Assembly (NCBI GenBank): GCA_963788195.1
Contig: CAWBGA010000005.1
Coordinates: forward strand, 1 to 64,000
Source: Nitrospirota bacterium
Lineage (GTDB): Bacteria; Nitrospirota; Nitrospiria; Nitrospirales; NS-4
Direction of reading: 5' to 3'
Length of the DNA: 64,000 bases
Shown here: positions 45,754 through 57,400 of the stretch, one piece after another
Layout of the letters: each line of letters starts with the position of its first letter
Numbering within the stretch: position 1 is the stretch's first letter
Program-made: the position numbers and the translations under genes
The notes under the pieces: model-generated
What the model saw: the letters and a program-made list of their open reading frames with translations, nothing else
Told to the model about the DNA's origin: nothing
Databases searched by the model: none

Positions 45754-46081
45754 AGACGGCCGCGTTTCCCACGCCTTAGGGCGTTAAGCCGCACTTTCCC
45801 TGTCCCCAGGCCCCACACCGATTTCCTGTCGGGGCTCAGTTCGATTCGTCGCATACATGGCGACAATCCACGCTCCTCCAATTGATTGTGTGTCTAGCCA
45901 TAGCCTAACAGTCCGAGAACCTGCGATTAAGGGACATGAGGGCAGGAACAGTCCGAGATGAACCTGCATTAAGGGGTCAAATTTCCAGCTGCGGTAAATT
46001 CGTGCGCTTGACAGCCGTGGCTGAATGAGGCAATAATGAGATTGAAATTCAATATTGCAATACGACTCTCATGGTAACTTA

Positions 46082-46852
46082 ATGGATCAGTTGCAACGGT
46101 TTTGGGAACTTGTCGGGCTTGGCGCGGTTGCCGGCCTCCTGCCCGTTTATTTGGGTATTTTTGCAGCCTTCTTCGTTGCCAAACTGTTGAGCCGTTCCTG
46201 GGAAGGATTCCTGACCGGTATCTCAACAGGCATCCTCGTCTATCTGTTTTTTGACCTCATGCATGAAGCTGTGGAGCTCACCGGCGCTAAGGATCCCTTG
46301 TCCTGGGGAGTCTTCCTTGGAAGCCTGCTCATCGGCTTTGTCGGTCTAGTGGCGATCGAGCAGCGCCAGCTAAAAAAAAATCGCGTCGAAGGGGTGCGTC
46401 TTTTTCTCCCATATATGATCGCGCTCGGAATGGGGCTGCATAACCTTGGAGAAGGCCTGGCGATCGGAGCGAGTTACGCGCATGGAGAGTGGGTGCTAAG
46501 CGGGGTGTTGGTCAGCGGGTTTGCTTTGCATAACGGCACGGAAGGGTTCGCGATCGTAAGTTCCGCGGGGAAAGCACGGCTTGCGGCAAGGGACATTTTC
46601 ATGATGGGCTTGCTGGCGGGGTTGCCTACATGTGTGGGGGCTGTGGCCAGCGGTTTCACCCTCTCGCCCTACCTCTCGACTATGTTCTATGCGCTGGCCG
46701 CCGGCTCACTGCTCTACGTCATCTTCTCGCTCGTGACCATCTTCTACACGCCCGCTCGGCGCATGCAGACCGCGACCGGAGTGTTCGCCGGGGTGAGCCT
46801 GATGTATATCACCGCGATGATTTTGACAATCCTCACAGGAATGAAAACCTGA
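46082..46852 (+). CDS. ZIP family metal transporter
   Basis: GLHNLGEGLAIG and ALHNGTEG motifs; multi-TM. Confidence 0.9.
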   Translation: MDQLQRFWELVGLGAVAGLLPVYLGIFAAFFVAKLLSRSWEGFLTGISTGILVYLFFDLMHEAVELTGAKDPLSWGVFLGSLLIGFVGLVAIEQRQLKKNRVEGVRLFLPYMIALGMGLHNLGEGLAIGASYAHGEWVLSGVLVSGFALHNGTEGFAIVSSAGKARLAARDIFMMGLLAGLPTCVGAVASGFTLSPYLSTMFYALAAGSLLYVIFSLVTIFYTPARRMQTATGVFAGVSLMYITAMILTILTGMKT

Positions 46853-46892
46853 TGATCACGCGAGGATTGAGGTATGATAGCGTCACACCTCA

Positions 46893-47324
46893 ATGCGAAT
46901 GTGTCCCAAATGCCGCCTGATCACCGCCGACGCTGCGACGTGCGCCGAATGCGGATGGGACCTCACCGGGGTAGTCCCGGCTAGCGGCTCGCCGGCCGGA
47001 AACTACGCCGCCCGCCTTCAGTCTCTCATGGTCTTCACTGCGGTCATGTTCGCCTTGGGATTCGTCACCGCGTTTTCGGTCACCGACGCCGATCCTACGG
47101 GGCCGGCGCTCGCGGGGGGGTTCTTCGGGGCTGCTTTTATCGCGGATTTCTTTCTGCTGCGATTAATTTATCAAGCGGCCAAGCTCTACCAGGAAGCCCA
47201 GCCTTGGACCCGCGGAGCTTTGCTGACGTTCCCCTTCGGGACGCTGGTGTTTGCGTGGCTGCTTGTCAAGCGTCTTCGCCAGGAAAAGCCGGTCTCTGGA
47301 CAGGCAAATGACGGCAGCCCTTGA
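46893..47324 (+). CDS. Zinc-ribbon membrane protein, hypothetical
   Basis: CPKC...CAECG followed by three TM segments. Confidence 0.65.
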   Translation: MRMCPKCRLITADAATCAECGWDLTGVVPASGSPAGNYAARLQSLMVFTAVMFALGFVTAFSVTDADPTGPALAGGFFGAAFIADFFLLRLIYQAAKLYQEAQPWTRGALLTFPFGTLVFAWLLVKRLRQEKPVSGQANDGSP

Positions 47325-47390
47325 ACACCTCATACTGTTGGGATATTCTCATGAATGGGGAAAGGAGCGTCCAGGACACCTGTGGGCGGG

Positions 47391-47437
47391 TGCAAGGGGA
47401 AGGAATCTGTCTTGGCAGATTCCAGGGTGGGCGGGTG
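47391..47437 (-). repeat. Dispersed intergenic repeat, copy 1
   Basis: Reverse complement CACCCGCCCACCCTGGAATCTGCCAAGACAGATTCCTTCCCCTTGCA matches 53382-53429; a weaker relative lies at ~14283-14339. Confidence 0.8.
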
Positions 47438-47495
47438 AGCAAGCTTCTTGGCAGATTACTTTTACAGATCATATGTGCGCAATGGAGGTGAAATC

Positions 47496-48129
47496 GTGAG
47501 ACATGGCTTGCTGGCGGTACTGAGCCTCGTGATGGTTGTGCTCGTAGGGTGCGGAGGACCAGGAAAGACGATCCCTCTTGCTCCGGACATGAAGACTGTC
47601 CCGGCTCCACCGAAGGTGCGGAGCGCTCCGCGAGTCGCCGTCGTTCCTTTCGAGGATGTTCGCGCCGATAAGACCGCAATCGGGCGTCACCAACATTATG
47701 TCGAGTCGAATGTGGACCGGTTTGTCCCAGTAGAGGGTTCAGCCTCTGACGCAGGTTACGAAATTCGTCGTCGACTATTTGAAGCAAGCAGGGATCCCCG
47801 TGACCTTGTCGCAAGGAGCTCAGCCATCCCCGGACACTGCAGATGTGATTTTGACGGGACAGATTGAATCGTATTGGACTGAAGCGGTAAAGCGATTTGG
47901 GAGTACGGAGCTCAGTTCGAAGAACCGGCTGCGAATCAAACTCACGAATCTCAGCGACGGCAGCACAATGTCGGCAACGGTCGGAGGAGAGGGCACCACC
48001 AAGGTCGTCAACTTCGACCACGCCGATCTGGAAAAACTTGCCGGCGAGGCTCTCGGCCAAAGCCTGGCGCGCTTCCTGGGAGACTTAAGGGTTGTCGACC
48101 GGTCGTTCAAACCCAAACGCGAAGAGTGA
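47496..48129 (+). CDS. Lipoprotein, YajG-like (frameshift near 47750)
   Basis: Lipobox LVGC and V.V..F.D.R motif. Confidence 0.65.
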
Positions 48130-48190
48130 TTTTCCTCGGAAGCTGGTAGTAGTAAGCGGCCAGCGGTAGTTGACTTGAGCGACACAGAAC

Positions 48191-49246
48191 GTGGCGAAAC
48201 AGTCCATTTCCGTCGAGCAGTTGCGGGCCCAGACCGAAGAGCTGCTGTCGCTGCCTGAGTCTGACCCGCAGGCTGCAATCCTTAAAGAGCTCCTAAGCTC
48301 GGTCCTCCGGCTCAACAGCTCCCGGCTGGACATGCTCGATCTCAAGATCATCCACCGAAGCCTGAAGGAGATGCGGTACGCTTTTCGCGTCTTCAAACCC
48401 TACAGGCACCGGCGGAAAGTCAGTGTCTTCGGATCGGCCCGGCTTCCATCCGGCACGCCGTTGTATGACCTCGCGAGACAGTTCGCGAAACTACTCTCTG
48501 AACAGAGTTTCATGGTGATCACGGGAGCGGGCGACGGCATTATGCGAGCGGCCAACGAAGGCGCCGGCCGCGAAAACAGCTTTGGAGTCAATATCCTGCT
48601 GCCATTTGAGCAGGAGGCGAATCCTGCGATCGTGGATGACCCCAAACTCATCACCTTCAAGTATTTTTTTACGCGGAAGTTATTCTTCGCGCGCGAATCA
48701 CATGCCAGCGCGGTCTTCCCGGGCGGGTTCGGCACACACGATGAGTGCTTTGAAATTTTGACGCTGCTGCAGACCGGCAAAAACAATCCCCACCCCGTTG
48801 TCATGCTCGATGTCCCGGGGGGCACGTACTGGCGCAAATGGGAGCGATTTCTTCAGGAAGATATGGTGGCGACAAAGCTCATATCACCTGAGGATCTGAA
48901 TCTCTTTCGGATTGTGGATTCGGCGGAAGCGGCGGTGGCGGAAATTGTGGGCTTTTACCGGACCTATCACTCATGCCGATTCGTGAAGGGCCGTCTGGTG
49001 CTGCGCTTACAGCATCCGATAGCACCGGGGCAGGTCGATCAGATCAACGAGCAGCTCGGCCATCTATATCCTGGCGGGAAGGTGCAGCAGCGCTCGGCAC
49101 TACCCGAAGAAGCCGACGAACCGGAGCTACTTGCGCTGCCGCGACTCGTTGTCCCTTACGATCGACGAAGCGCCGGGAACCTGCGCCAGTTGATCGACCT
49201 GGTGAACGCCATGCCCGCGGCAGCGTCCCCTTCCCCGCCCGCTTAG
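48191..49246 (+). CDS. LOG family protein (Rossmann-fold nucleotide-binding)
   Basis: VFGSAR, ITGAG.GIM.AAN.GA, YFFTRK and PGGFGT.DE motifs. Confidence 0.92.
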   Translation: MAKQSISVEQLRAQTEELLSLPESDPQAAILKELLSSVLRLNSSRLDMLDLKIIHRSLKEMRYAFRVFKPYRHRRKVSVFGSARLPSGTPLYDLARQFAKLLSEQSFMVITGAGDGIMRAANEGAGRENSFGVNILLPFEQEANPAIVDDPKLITFKYFFTRKLFFARESHASAVFPGGFGTHDECFEILTLLQTGKNNPHPVVMLDVPGGTYWRKWERFLQEDMVATKLISPEDLNLFRIVDSAEAAVAEIVGFYRTYHSCRFVKGRLVLRLQHPIAPGQVDQINEQLGHLYPGGKVQQRSALPEEADEPELLALPRLVVPYDRRSAGNLRQLIDLVNAMPAAASPSPPA

Positions 49247-49686
49247 TACCGCAGCGTCACCGAAGACGCGCTGCTCGCTGCGCCAAAAAACTCTCTGGAG
49301 AAGGCCTCCACGACCGCAGGGTCGTACCCTTTACAACTAAAGATGTCGAGATACGCCCGGTTAGTAGCATTGGCGAAGTGTCCGCTGATGAGCGAAGTCT
49401 CAATGAGCTGCGTCATCGAGTACCCGGCGACACGTCCCTCTCCGAAATGGACGATCTGGCAATCGCCGTATCGCTTCATCCCGATTAGGTCGCAGAGCGC
49501 CACGACATACGCCTGGATTTTGTTTCGGCTGCGGATGGTGTCAGGGTCGCAGTTCTGAAGATCTATCGAAGCGGAGAGGCCCCAGGCCTTTCCCTCCCCT
49601 ACCAGCTCTTCCTGCAAGCCGTTCGGAGAGGTTGCCGGGGCCATTGTTGGCAAGATCGCGCCTTCAGCATTTTCAAGTGCATTCAT
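49243..49686 (-). CDS. speD: S-adenosylmethionine decarboxylase proenzyme family
   Basis: GYS..QLIETSLISGH and YLDIFSCK motifs. Confidence 0.8.
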   Translation of the reverse strand: MNALENAEGAILPTMAPATSPNGLQEELVGEGKAWGLSASIDLQNCDPDTIRSRNKIQAYVVALCDLIGMKRYGDCQIVHFGEGRVAGYSMTQLIETSLISGHFANATNRAYLDIFSCKGYDPAVVEAFSREFFGAASSASSVTLRY

Positions 49687-49797
49687 CGATAGAGATTCAC
49701 CTCCTGGTTCGTGAGCATGTGCCTAGGATGAAAGTGCACTATAACACAAATTTTTCGATATCCATCCCCTTAGAAAAGTTTTGTTCGCGAGCGGAAG

Positions 49798-50130
49798 CTA
49801 TGACGAAGGTTTCGGAATGAAGTCGCGAATGCGGGTACGAGCTTCTTCGACGGACATCTTACCCAGCTCAACCTGGCGGCGCACCCACAGCTCATGTTGC
49901 GTGCGGAGTTGATATTCCCGGCGCCGCTCGAGCGCGCCGCGGTCCATCGTCCAGATCGACGTGTAATAGGTGTCCTGTTGCGACGTCAACAGCCCCGCCT
50001 GGCCAAGGACAGCGTGCTCATCGAAATCCGGGGAATCCCAGGACCAGGTCTCGTCGTAGGATGCGGTTGTCGCGCAGGCTCCGAGCAGGACTGCCGCGAG
50101 AACGGCGAGAAGAAGGCGGGCTCTTATCAT
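49798..50130 (-). CDS. Small hypothetical lipoprotein
   Basis: Lipobox LGAC. Confidence 0.65.
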   Translation of the reverse strand: MIRARLLLAVLAAVLLGACATTASYDETWSWDSPDFDEHAVLGQAGLLTSQQDTYYTSIWTMDRGALERRREYQLRTQHELWVRRQVELGKMSVEEARTRIRDFIPKPSS

Positions 50131-50335
50131 ACAGCGGAGAATAACGAGGAGGGTGGCTCAGAATCAAGGCTGTACGTCATCTGCTGAATGAGACAAAGAG
50201 CCCTTCGAGGCCTCAGGGCGAACGGAATTGATCCGGTGATGCTTCAACACCTGCCATAGATCCGTTCACTTCGTGAGCCAAGTCAAGGGACTGTCGAAGG
50301 ACACAGCAATGACATCCAGGCTCACGTCGATCAGG

Positions 50336-53300
50336 TTAAGGCGGCCCTGGATTCAGACCAACCGGCGGGATGTCCGGCGAAAACCCGCGTCGCAATGTCT
50401 GCTCGCTGATGACGGCCGTCGTCATAAACTGGGCGAGGTAATCCGGCCCGCCGGCCTTGGCTCCCGTCCCGGACAAGCGCGCACCGCCGAACGGCTGGCG
50501 GCCGACCAGGGCGCCGGTGATGCCCCTATTAATATATAGGTTACCTACCAGGTAAGCGTCGCGCGCACGAGCAATGTTTCGCGGGCTTCGGGAGTAGAGC
50601 CCGCCGGTCAGGGCATAGTCGGTTGCATTGGCGAACGTGAGGGCCTCCTCAAAATCCCGGGCGCGCAGCACTGCCAGCACCGGCCCGAAGATCTCTTCGT
50701 TGGCCAGCCGGTGCTCGGGGCGTATGCCGGTGAAGATCGCCGGGCCGAGGAAGTTCGGCCCCGGCCGATGCGCGAGATCGGGTCGCAGCACCGCGCGCCC
50801 TTCCTTCTCGCCGATCTCAATATAGCTCAGGACCTTCTGTACGGCGCGTTCATCGATCAATGGGCCAAGGCCTGTGCCGGGATCATCAGGCATACCTATC
50901 CGGACGCTCCGCACCGCCTCGACGAGGCGGTCAACAAAGGCATCATGGATGGTATCCAGCAGGATCAACCGTGAGCACGCCGAACACTTTTGACCTTGGT
51001 AGCCCAAGAATGAGGCGGTCACCCCTGCGACCGCCTCGTCGGGATCGGCTGTTTCGTCGACGATAATGGCATTCTTGCCGCCCATCTCGGCGATCACCTT
51101 TTTGACCTCATGTTGCCCGGGCCGTACACGCCCCGCCTCAGCAATGATGTCAAGGCCCACCGCCTTCGAACCGGTGAACGCGATCACGGAAATCCCGTGA
51201 TGGGTGACCAGGCGCCGCCCGACTTCCGCCTCGCCGGGAAGAAATTGAAGCACGCCCTCAGGCAAGCCCGCGTCACGGAAGATCTCGACCAGGACATAGC
51301 CTGTGAGCGGCGCCCGTTCCGATGGCTTAAACAGCACCGCATTCCCCGTGACAAGCGCTCCTGACACCATCCCGGCTGGGATCGCCAGCGGGAAGTTCCA
51401 GGGCGAGAGCACGGCGGCAAGCCCGCGTGGCCGGTACACAAGCTGATTCAGTTCTCCCGGTGCGTCGCCCATCCGGATGGGCACGGCCAGCCGGCGCATC
51501 TCGCCGGCATAGTAAGTTGAGAAAATCGATGGCTTCAGCCACGTCAGCATCGGCCTCCCTCCACGTTTTTCCCGTCTCATAGACTTCGAGGGCGGCGACC
51601 TCGAACCTGCGGCCCCGCAGCGCGTCGGCGGCCTTTTGAAGTACCCGGGCACCGCTGCTCCGCCGGCGTGCCGGCCCATGCGGGCTGACTGGCCTGCGCG
51701 CGGGCCACTGCTTCGTTCACGTCCTGTGCCTCCGCGGCCGTGACAGACCCCACCACTTCCTCTGGCCGCGCAGGGTTTCGGGAGATGAGCGTGTCCCGAT
51801 CCGTTCCAGCGTGCGCAGGAAAGTCGAGATCGATCCGACGTCCCAGGTGGCGTTTGGCGTGTACCAATGCCTGTTGCATCTTCTCTCGCGCGTCTGCACG
51901 AGCGAAGTCGGTGTGAGGCTCATTGACGAACCGGCCGTTTGCCGTCGTCTTTCCATTCACCGTGAGCTTCTTGAATCGTGCCCGGTTTGCCGTCAAAAGG
52001 CGGCCGCAGCAGCTCGTCCAGGCTTTGCTTGCCCATGAACTGCCGGCGCAGAACGGATTCGTTCGCGGTGTTTTCCAGGAGGCGACGGACGAGGTATGCC
52101 ATGCCCGCAATGAGTTCTCCCACCGGCGCGTAGACGCGCAATCGGTAGCCTTCTTTCACCACAGCGCCCTGAAGAGAATCCGCCATCCCGTGCAACATCT
52201 GAATCTCGATGCTGTTCCGCGGAAGCCCGCGGCGCTCGGCTTCAGCGATCGCCAGAGCGATTTGCCGGAGATTATGGGTGCCCCACATGGGACGGATCAC
52301 TTCAATCTCGTCGAGCATGAGCGGAATCAGACGTTCGTAGCAGGCATCGGTCGCATCCTTTTCGGGAAAGACCGGAATCGGCCAGCCGCGTTGGCGGTGG
52401 ATGATCGTTTCGTAGTCCCAATAGGCCCCCTTGACCAGGCGAATTCCAAATGGCCGTTGCCGAGCTTTGGCCCAGGCGATGAACTCCTTCACGTCTCGTT
52501 CGGTATCTTTAAGGTAGGCTTGCAGCGCGATACTCGCATACGGGTACTGCCGGAATTCCTCCTCGAGCAACAGCCGTTTCACGATCCCGATCGTCAAATC
52601 CTTCCAGGAATACTGCTCCATGTCGAAGGTGATGCCGACGGGGAGACCTGCCGCCAGACGCAATAGTGGGCGCAGCCGGCCGGCGATGGCCGCGTAGCAG
52701 CCCTCCGGGTCAATGGGATCGAACTGTGAATAGAGCGCCGACAGCTTGATCGACACCTGCGCGCGGGGCAGGGGCCCCAGATGATCGGCCTCCAGTAAAG
52801 GAGCGGCAGGCCACCCGGCGGCAGCGGCCGCCAAGGATGTGATCGCTTGACGGTAGCGGGCGGCATAAGCGTCGGCTTCTCGCTCTGAGACGACCGCCTC
52901 GCCAAGGAGGTCAATCGAGTGCGCGAGGCCCCTCTTCCATAAAGATTCAACCGCGGGCAGGGCCTCCGGCATCCCGGCACCGGCGATGAACTGGTTCGCC
53001 ATGTGGAGCGTCTGATTGTAAATGGTGTCCGCACTGATGCTGGCGCCGAAGCCGACAGCTGAAAGGGCGCGCATCCCCCATCGCATCAATGAACGCCCCC
53101 CGGCGGCCGGCAGAGCAGCTTCTCCGAAGTACTCTTCGACAAGACGTTGGATCTGGTCGGGGGACTTCAAGGTAGGCAGCACGTCAATGAAACGAAAGAG
53201 CTGGACTTTGAAGGCCTCGTCCTTGACCGCCCACTCCAACAACAGGCCGCTCCACCACTGGCGATCGAACAGCCGAGACGGGGCGGCCGCTGCAGTGTCA

Positions 53301-53353
53301 TAGAGCTGCTGCGCGTGTCGCCGGATATCCTGTTCTGATGCGCGTTGAGCCAT
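50336..53353 (-). CDS. putA: Bifunctional proline dehydrogenase / P5C dehydrogenase (several frameshifts)
   Basis: FKVQLFRFID.LP, DLLGE, FDME, RLVKGAYWD.E and AYLVRRLLEN; SPWNFPLAI, FTGS, AEMGGKN, GQKCSACSR and EEIFGP. Confidence 0.93.
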
Positions 53354-53381
53354 AGAGATATTATATACCCCGCACCCGCCT

Positions 53382-53429
53382 ACCCACCCACCCTGGAATC
53401 TGCCAGGACAGATTCCTTTGCCCCTGGCA
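53382..53429 (+). repeat. Dispersed intergenic repeat, copy 2
   Basis: ACCCACCCACCCTGGAATCTGCCAGGACAGATTCCTTTGCCCCTGGCA; inverted match to 47391-47437. Confidence 0.8.
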
Positions 53430-53543
53430 ATTCCTTATTTCCCATGGGTAAGGAGTTTGTCTTGGCAAACTCGGGGCAGGGTGGGTGAAATGAATTCGGC
53501 GTGACCTTGAATTCCGCGCAGAGGCTCAGTTAGACTTCTCACC

Positions 53544-54161
53544 ATGGCGGAGATTCCGGTTTTCACCATTCCCGGCGAGCAGAAGAAGGAGCCCCGGCAG
53601 TTCTTCACGCGCGTGTTTTGCCTGCGGAAGGACCCGCCGCCGCTCGGCCTGTTGGTGGAGTTTCTTAAATCAAAGGGGGCTACCCCTATTTTGCCCGAGG
53701 GTGTCAACGACAAACTCCTGAACAGTTGGAACTGGGTGGGCGTTGAGATCGGCTATCAGAAGGATCGCAAACCGATCCTACTGACCTGCTGCCGGAAAGG
53801 CAGCGCGCAGGATGAGATCTTTACGCAGAACGTCGAGGGATTACTGTCCTTCGTGGACACGCACCGCGAGCTCGATAGTTGGCGGGTCTCGGACCATCTG
53901 CGCGCATGCCGCTTCTTCGTCGCATCCATTTTAGACAAAAATGACATCACCGATGAGGGCTACGACTTCAACGGCTGGGTCCTGCAGTTCTTTGAGGAAA
54001 ACTGCGACGGCATGGTGCAGATCGACGGCCAAGGGTTCTACGGGCCGGAAGGCGACATCATCCTTGATCTGCCGCCGATCGACGATGAACACGAAAAAGA
54101 GGAACCCGCCGCTTCCGGCCTGATCACTCCGACGCCGCTCAAACAGACCGGCCAAGCCTGA
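53544..54161 (+). CDS. Hypothetical protein
   Basis: 205-aa ORF with host-like codon usage. Confidence 0.7.
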   Translation: MAEIPVFTIPGEQKKEPRQFFTRVFCLRKDPPPLGLLVEFLKSKGATPILPEGVNDKLLNSWNWVGVEIGYQKDRKPILLTCCRKGSAQDEIFTQNVEGLLSFVDTHRELDSWRVSDHLRACRFFVASILDKNDITDEGYDFNGWVLQFFEENCDGMVQIDGQGFYGPEGDIILDLPPIDDEHEKEEPAASGLITPTPLKQTGQA

Positions 54162-54172
54162 CTTACGGCCGC

Positions 54173-54814
54173 ATGGCCGACCCATTCATTATCCCCCTCG
54201 AATCCCTCCACGACCGGGCGTCCCATTGGTTTACGCGCGCGCGCGCGGCGCTACGAGGGGCCATCCCGTGCGGTCGCGGCTGCAGCCGCTGCTGTATCGG
54301 TCCGTTTGCCATTACGGTTCTCGATGCCAGGATGCTCCGGCAAGGTCTCGGCGCTCTCACCCCCAGCGCGCGTGAGGACATCGAAGCCAGGGCCATGGAT
54401 CAGGTGACTGCGATGGAGTCCGCGTTTGCTCGTCTGGGGCGCAGCCCATTCCTGGATGACTGGAGCGATGCTGAGCAGGACGCGGTGGCGGCGCGATTCG
54501 CCGACGCGCCCTGTCCCGCTCTTGATCGTGACGGCAGTTGCCGTGTCTACGAAGTTCGGCCGGTCACATGCCGCACGATGGGCATTCCCGTCGAAGAGGA
54601 TGGCGTCGTTCAAGGGGCCTGTGAGATCCAGACAGCGGTCCCGATCGTGCGCCTGCCGGCTGTCTTCCGGGAGGAAGAAGAGCGTCTGGCGGAACAGGAA
54701 GCGCAGGAACTCGAGGCGCGGCACGACCACGAGGGCGGCACCGGGGACGAGATCTTTCTCCCTTATGGTTTTATCCCCGAGCGCGCATGGACAGGCTTTT
54801 CATCAGTGCGGTAA
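54173..54814 (+). CDS. YkgJ family cysteine cluster protein
   Basis: C.RGCS.CC and CP.L...G.C.VY..RP..CR motifs. Confidence 0.88.
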   Translation: MADPFIIPLESLHDRASHWFTRARAALRGAIPCGRGCSRCCIGPFAITVLDARMLRQGLGALTPSAREDIEARAMDQVTAMESAFARLGRSPFLDDWSDAEQDAVAARFADAPCPALDRDGSCRVYEVRPVTCRTMGIPVEEDGVVQGACEIQTAVPIVRLPAVFREEEERLAEQEAQELEARHDHEGGTGDEIFLPYGFIPERAWTGFSSVR

Positions 54815-54834
54815 GATCAGCATCCTTTACGCGT

Positions 54835-54910
54835 GCGCCTGTAGCTCAGTGGATAGAGCATCAGCCTCCGGAGCTGAGGGCCACAGGTTCAAATCCTGTC
54901 AGGCGCACCA
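54835..54910 (+). tRNA. tRNA-Arg(CCG)
   Basis: 76-nt cloverleaf GCGCCTG...CAGGCGC-ACCA; anticodon CCG at 54868-54870. Confidence 0.97.
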
Positions 54911-54969
54911 ACTAGTTCAGCTGCTTCTGCCTCTCCAGAGCCTTCTGCTCTCTCCCCGTCCGGCTTTCG

Positions 54970-55813
54970 TTAACGCGTGATACAACCCCTTTTCGCTGAG
55001 GATCGGGGGTTGGCTGTAGTCGCATACGTTCCTTTGGGAGACGGGCAAATGACAGCCCCGGGCCGTTGATGATGCTCCCAATGGATCCAGATGTTATGCG
55101 GCACGAAAATCCATCGGACGACCCACGACGCGGCAAAGCGACGGGTGGGATGCATCGAGGCGGTTCCCACGTGCTCTGTCCAAATCCTTAATCGAGTGAA
55201 GGTCCACTGAGCCGTGAGCAGGCTCGTAAACCAGACGAGCGGGACCATGATGGCGAGCCATACGCCTCCGTACATCCACAATGCGCTCACCGCCACAGTC
55301 CACCAGACGAACGTCCACAGATAGGCAGCCCAGTGAGCCGGCTTGGTGAGACGAAGCGCCATCACAATATGCGGTACAGCGCCCCCTACCATGTCGCCCA
55401 GGCACTGCCCCAGGAGTCGCCAAGGACGCAGTGGCATCTCCCATTGCGGTAATACTCGGTAATGCGTGAGTTCAGGGTCGGCGGGCGTTCCGACATCACG
55501 ATGATGCGCGAAGTGAAACCGTCGATATCCTTCTAAGTTTAGTCCCATCGGAAGAAACGCGAGCCACCGCGCTAAGGCATTGTTCGTCGGTCGATGGCTG
55601 CAAATGGCAAAGTGTGCGCCATCATGCCCCAGAATCCCCAGTGCATGTTGACGGTTGCCAATGATCAGCACCGCTACAATTACAAGCCACCAGGACGGCC
55701 ACCAGAGCACCGCGGTCATGCGCAGCCGCGATAATGAACCAGTCCGCCGCCGCGGCAGCAAGCCATCGCAGGGTGTCAGAGGTTTCCTTTAGCTCGTTGT
55801 CCGCTTTATGCAA
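54970..55813 (-). CDS. Fatty acid desaturase family protein (frameshifts near both ends)
   Basis: Three His boxes HDGAH, HFAHH and HWEHH; TM segments. Confidence 0.85.
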
Positions 55814-55950
55814 TTGGGTCTCTCAAGGCAAGGCTGCTAGCGGGCGGATAAATGTGACGCTGGTGCATCTAGGGTATTTTACTGATATCTATCTTACTTT
55901 TAAACATGAATATATGTCAACCTTGGACCTATAGGCGAGAAGTGTTTCCA

Positions 55951-55997
55951 CCTCCGGAAGCCGAGGACCACAGGTTCAAATCCTGTCAGGCGCACCA
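55951..55997 (+). repeat. 3' fragment of tRNA-Arg (att-like direct repeat)
   Basis: 55968-55997 is identical to 54881-54910, with degenerate similarity back to the anticodon loop. Confidence 0.92.
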
Positions 55998-56024
55998 TTT
56001 TTTCTTCCGTTCGGTGCATTGTCC

Positions 56025-56237
56025 TCAGGATTCGAGACCAAGAATCGGCGTGTCCAGCGCCTTGGCCGCGCGCACGGGATCGAAATATTCGCGGAGGAAC
56101 GCGATCTTTCCGCCTGCAGCGCGCAGGAACAGCACATAATTCTGGACGTAGATACGCCCCGTAGGCTTAATAAGCCCTTCCGCCTTGAATTCGGCGACTG
56201 CGCCGTCCGGATCGGCAAAAACATCACGTCTACCCAT
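56025..56237 (-). pseudogene. SnoaL/NTF2-like protein C-terminal fragment
   Basis: G.I..TGR.Y.Q.YV......GGKI...REYFDP motif; N-terminus not intact. Confidence 0.55.
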
Positions 56238-56350
56238 TACGATTGCAGTCAGGGTGAAGGATAAGCTGTTCCGTTTTCGGCGGCCGTGTTCAGCATGTCA
56301 CGTGGTATCCTGATGTTTCTCGCCTCAGGAACCTAAATGGAGGGTTGAAG

Positions 56351-56835
56351 ATGGCGACGCCTACACACGCTGAACATCATCACGAGATGCCTTCACTCAC
56401 TCGAGTAGCCGCGGCGGCGACATTGCATTGCTTGATAGGCTGCAGCATCGGTGAGATGCTCGGACTGACGGTCGCAACGGCATTGGGATGGGGCAATACC
56501 GCTTCAATCGCACTTGCCGTCGTCCTGGCCTTCCTCTTCGGGTACGCGTTCACACTATTCCCCTTCTGCGCGGCGGGATGACACTGCCGGCTGCGGCATC
56601 AGTCGCCTTCGCGGCAGACACCGTCTCGATTGCTGTCATGGAGATCGCGGATAATGCCGTCATGCTCCTGATCCCGGGAGCGATGGACGCCGGCTTGAGC
56701 GACCCGTTTTTCTGGGGCAGTTTGTTCGTGTCGTTGGTGGTCGCTTTTCTGGCGGCGTGGCCGGTCAATCGATGGCTCATCGCGCGCGGCATGGGACATG
56801 CCGTTGTTCATGACCGCCACCATGGTCATCATTGA
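56351..56835 (+). CDS. DUF4396 family membrane protein (frameshift near 56560)
   Basis: ATLHCLIGCSIGE, DTVSIAVMEIADN and AWPVNRWLI.RG.GH motifs. Confidence 0.85.
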
Positions 56836-57055
56836 TGAAGCCGCCGCATTACGACCCTCAGCTCGCGCGCAGGCTGGATCTTGCCTCGCTACCAAGGACC
56901 TAAGCGCCTTCGCGTCCTCGGAACGTTGCTGATAGGGTTCTCTGTACCATGTCTGAGATCTGCCGATAAGCGAGAAACCGAAAGTCGCGCACGTCTAATT
57001 TTTTTCCGCCGTTTCGATCTGGATCCGACATTTGTAGACTTTCCTTTTACGGTGA

Positions 57056-57400
57056 TCAAGTATATGACCGCCGTTCCAGACCTCTTGTTCTTGCCGCAAT
57101 CCAGAGATGAGTCATTCCCAGAATCGGCCGGCCTTTTTTATCGCCAGCGCACTTCGTGCACTTTGGATCCGGAACGTCCCCGGGCTTGCGGATCAACTTC
57201 TCAACTTTGCCGAGCAATTCGCCGTGATCGACCCAAATTCTGACATATGAGGTGGGCTCTTTCGTTTCATCGTCGATGGTCTTCCAAAGGCCGACGGGAG
57301 TATTCTCTTGGGCAAAGACGCCCAATCCCGCCGTACCGAGTACTATGGCGAAAGCTCCTAGGACTGCTTGTGGTATTGTTTTCAAGTGAACGGTCTCCAA
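57056..57400 (-). CDS. DUF2147 family exported protein (C-terminus frameshifted, continues below 57056)
   Basis: P.GLWKTIDD.T, C.KC.G...G.PILGM and, in the next frame, W.GG.ILD...GKVYKC. Confidence 0.8.
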   Translation of the reverse strand: METVHLKTIPQAVLGAFAIVLGTAGLGVFAQENTPVGLWKTIDDETKEPTSYVRIWVDHGELLGKVEKLIRKPGDVPDPKCTKCAGDKKGRPILGMTHLWIAARTRGLERRSYT

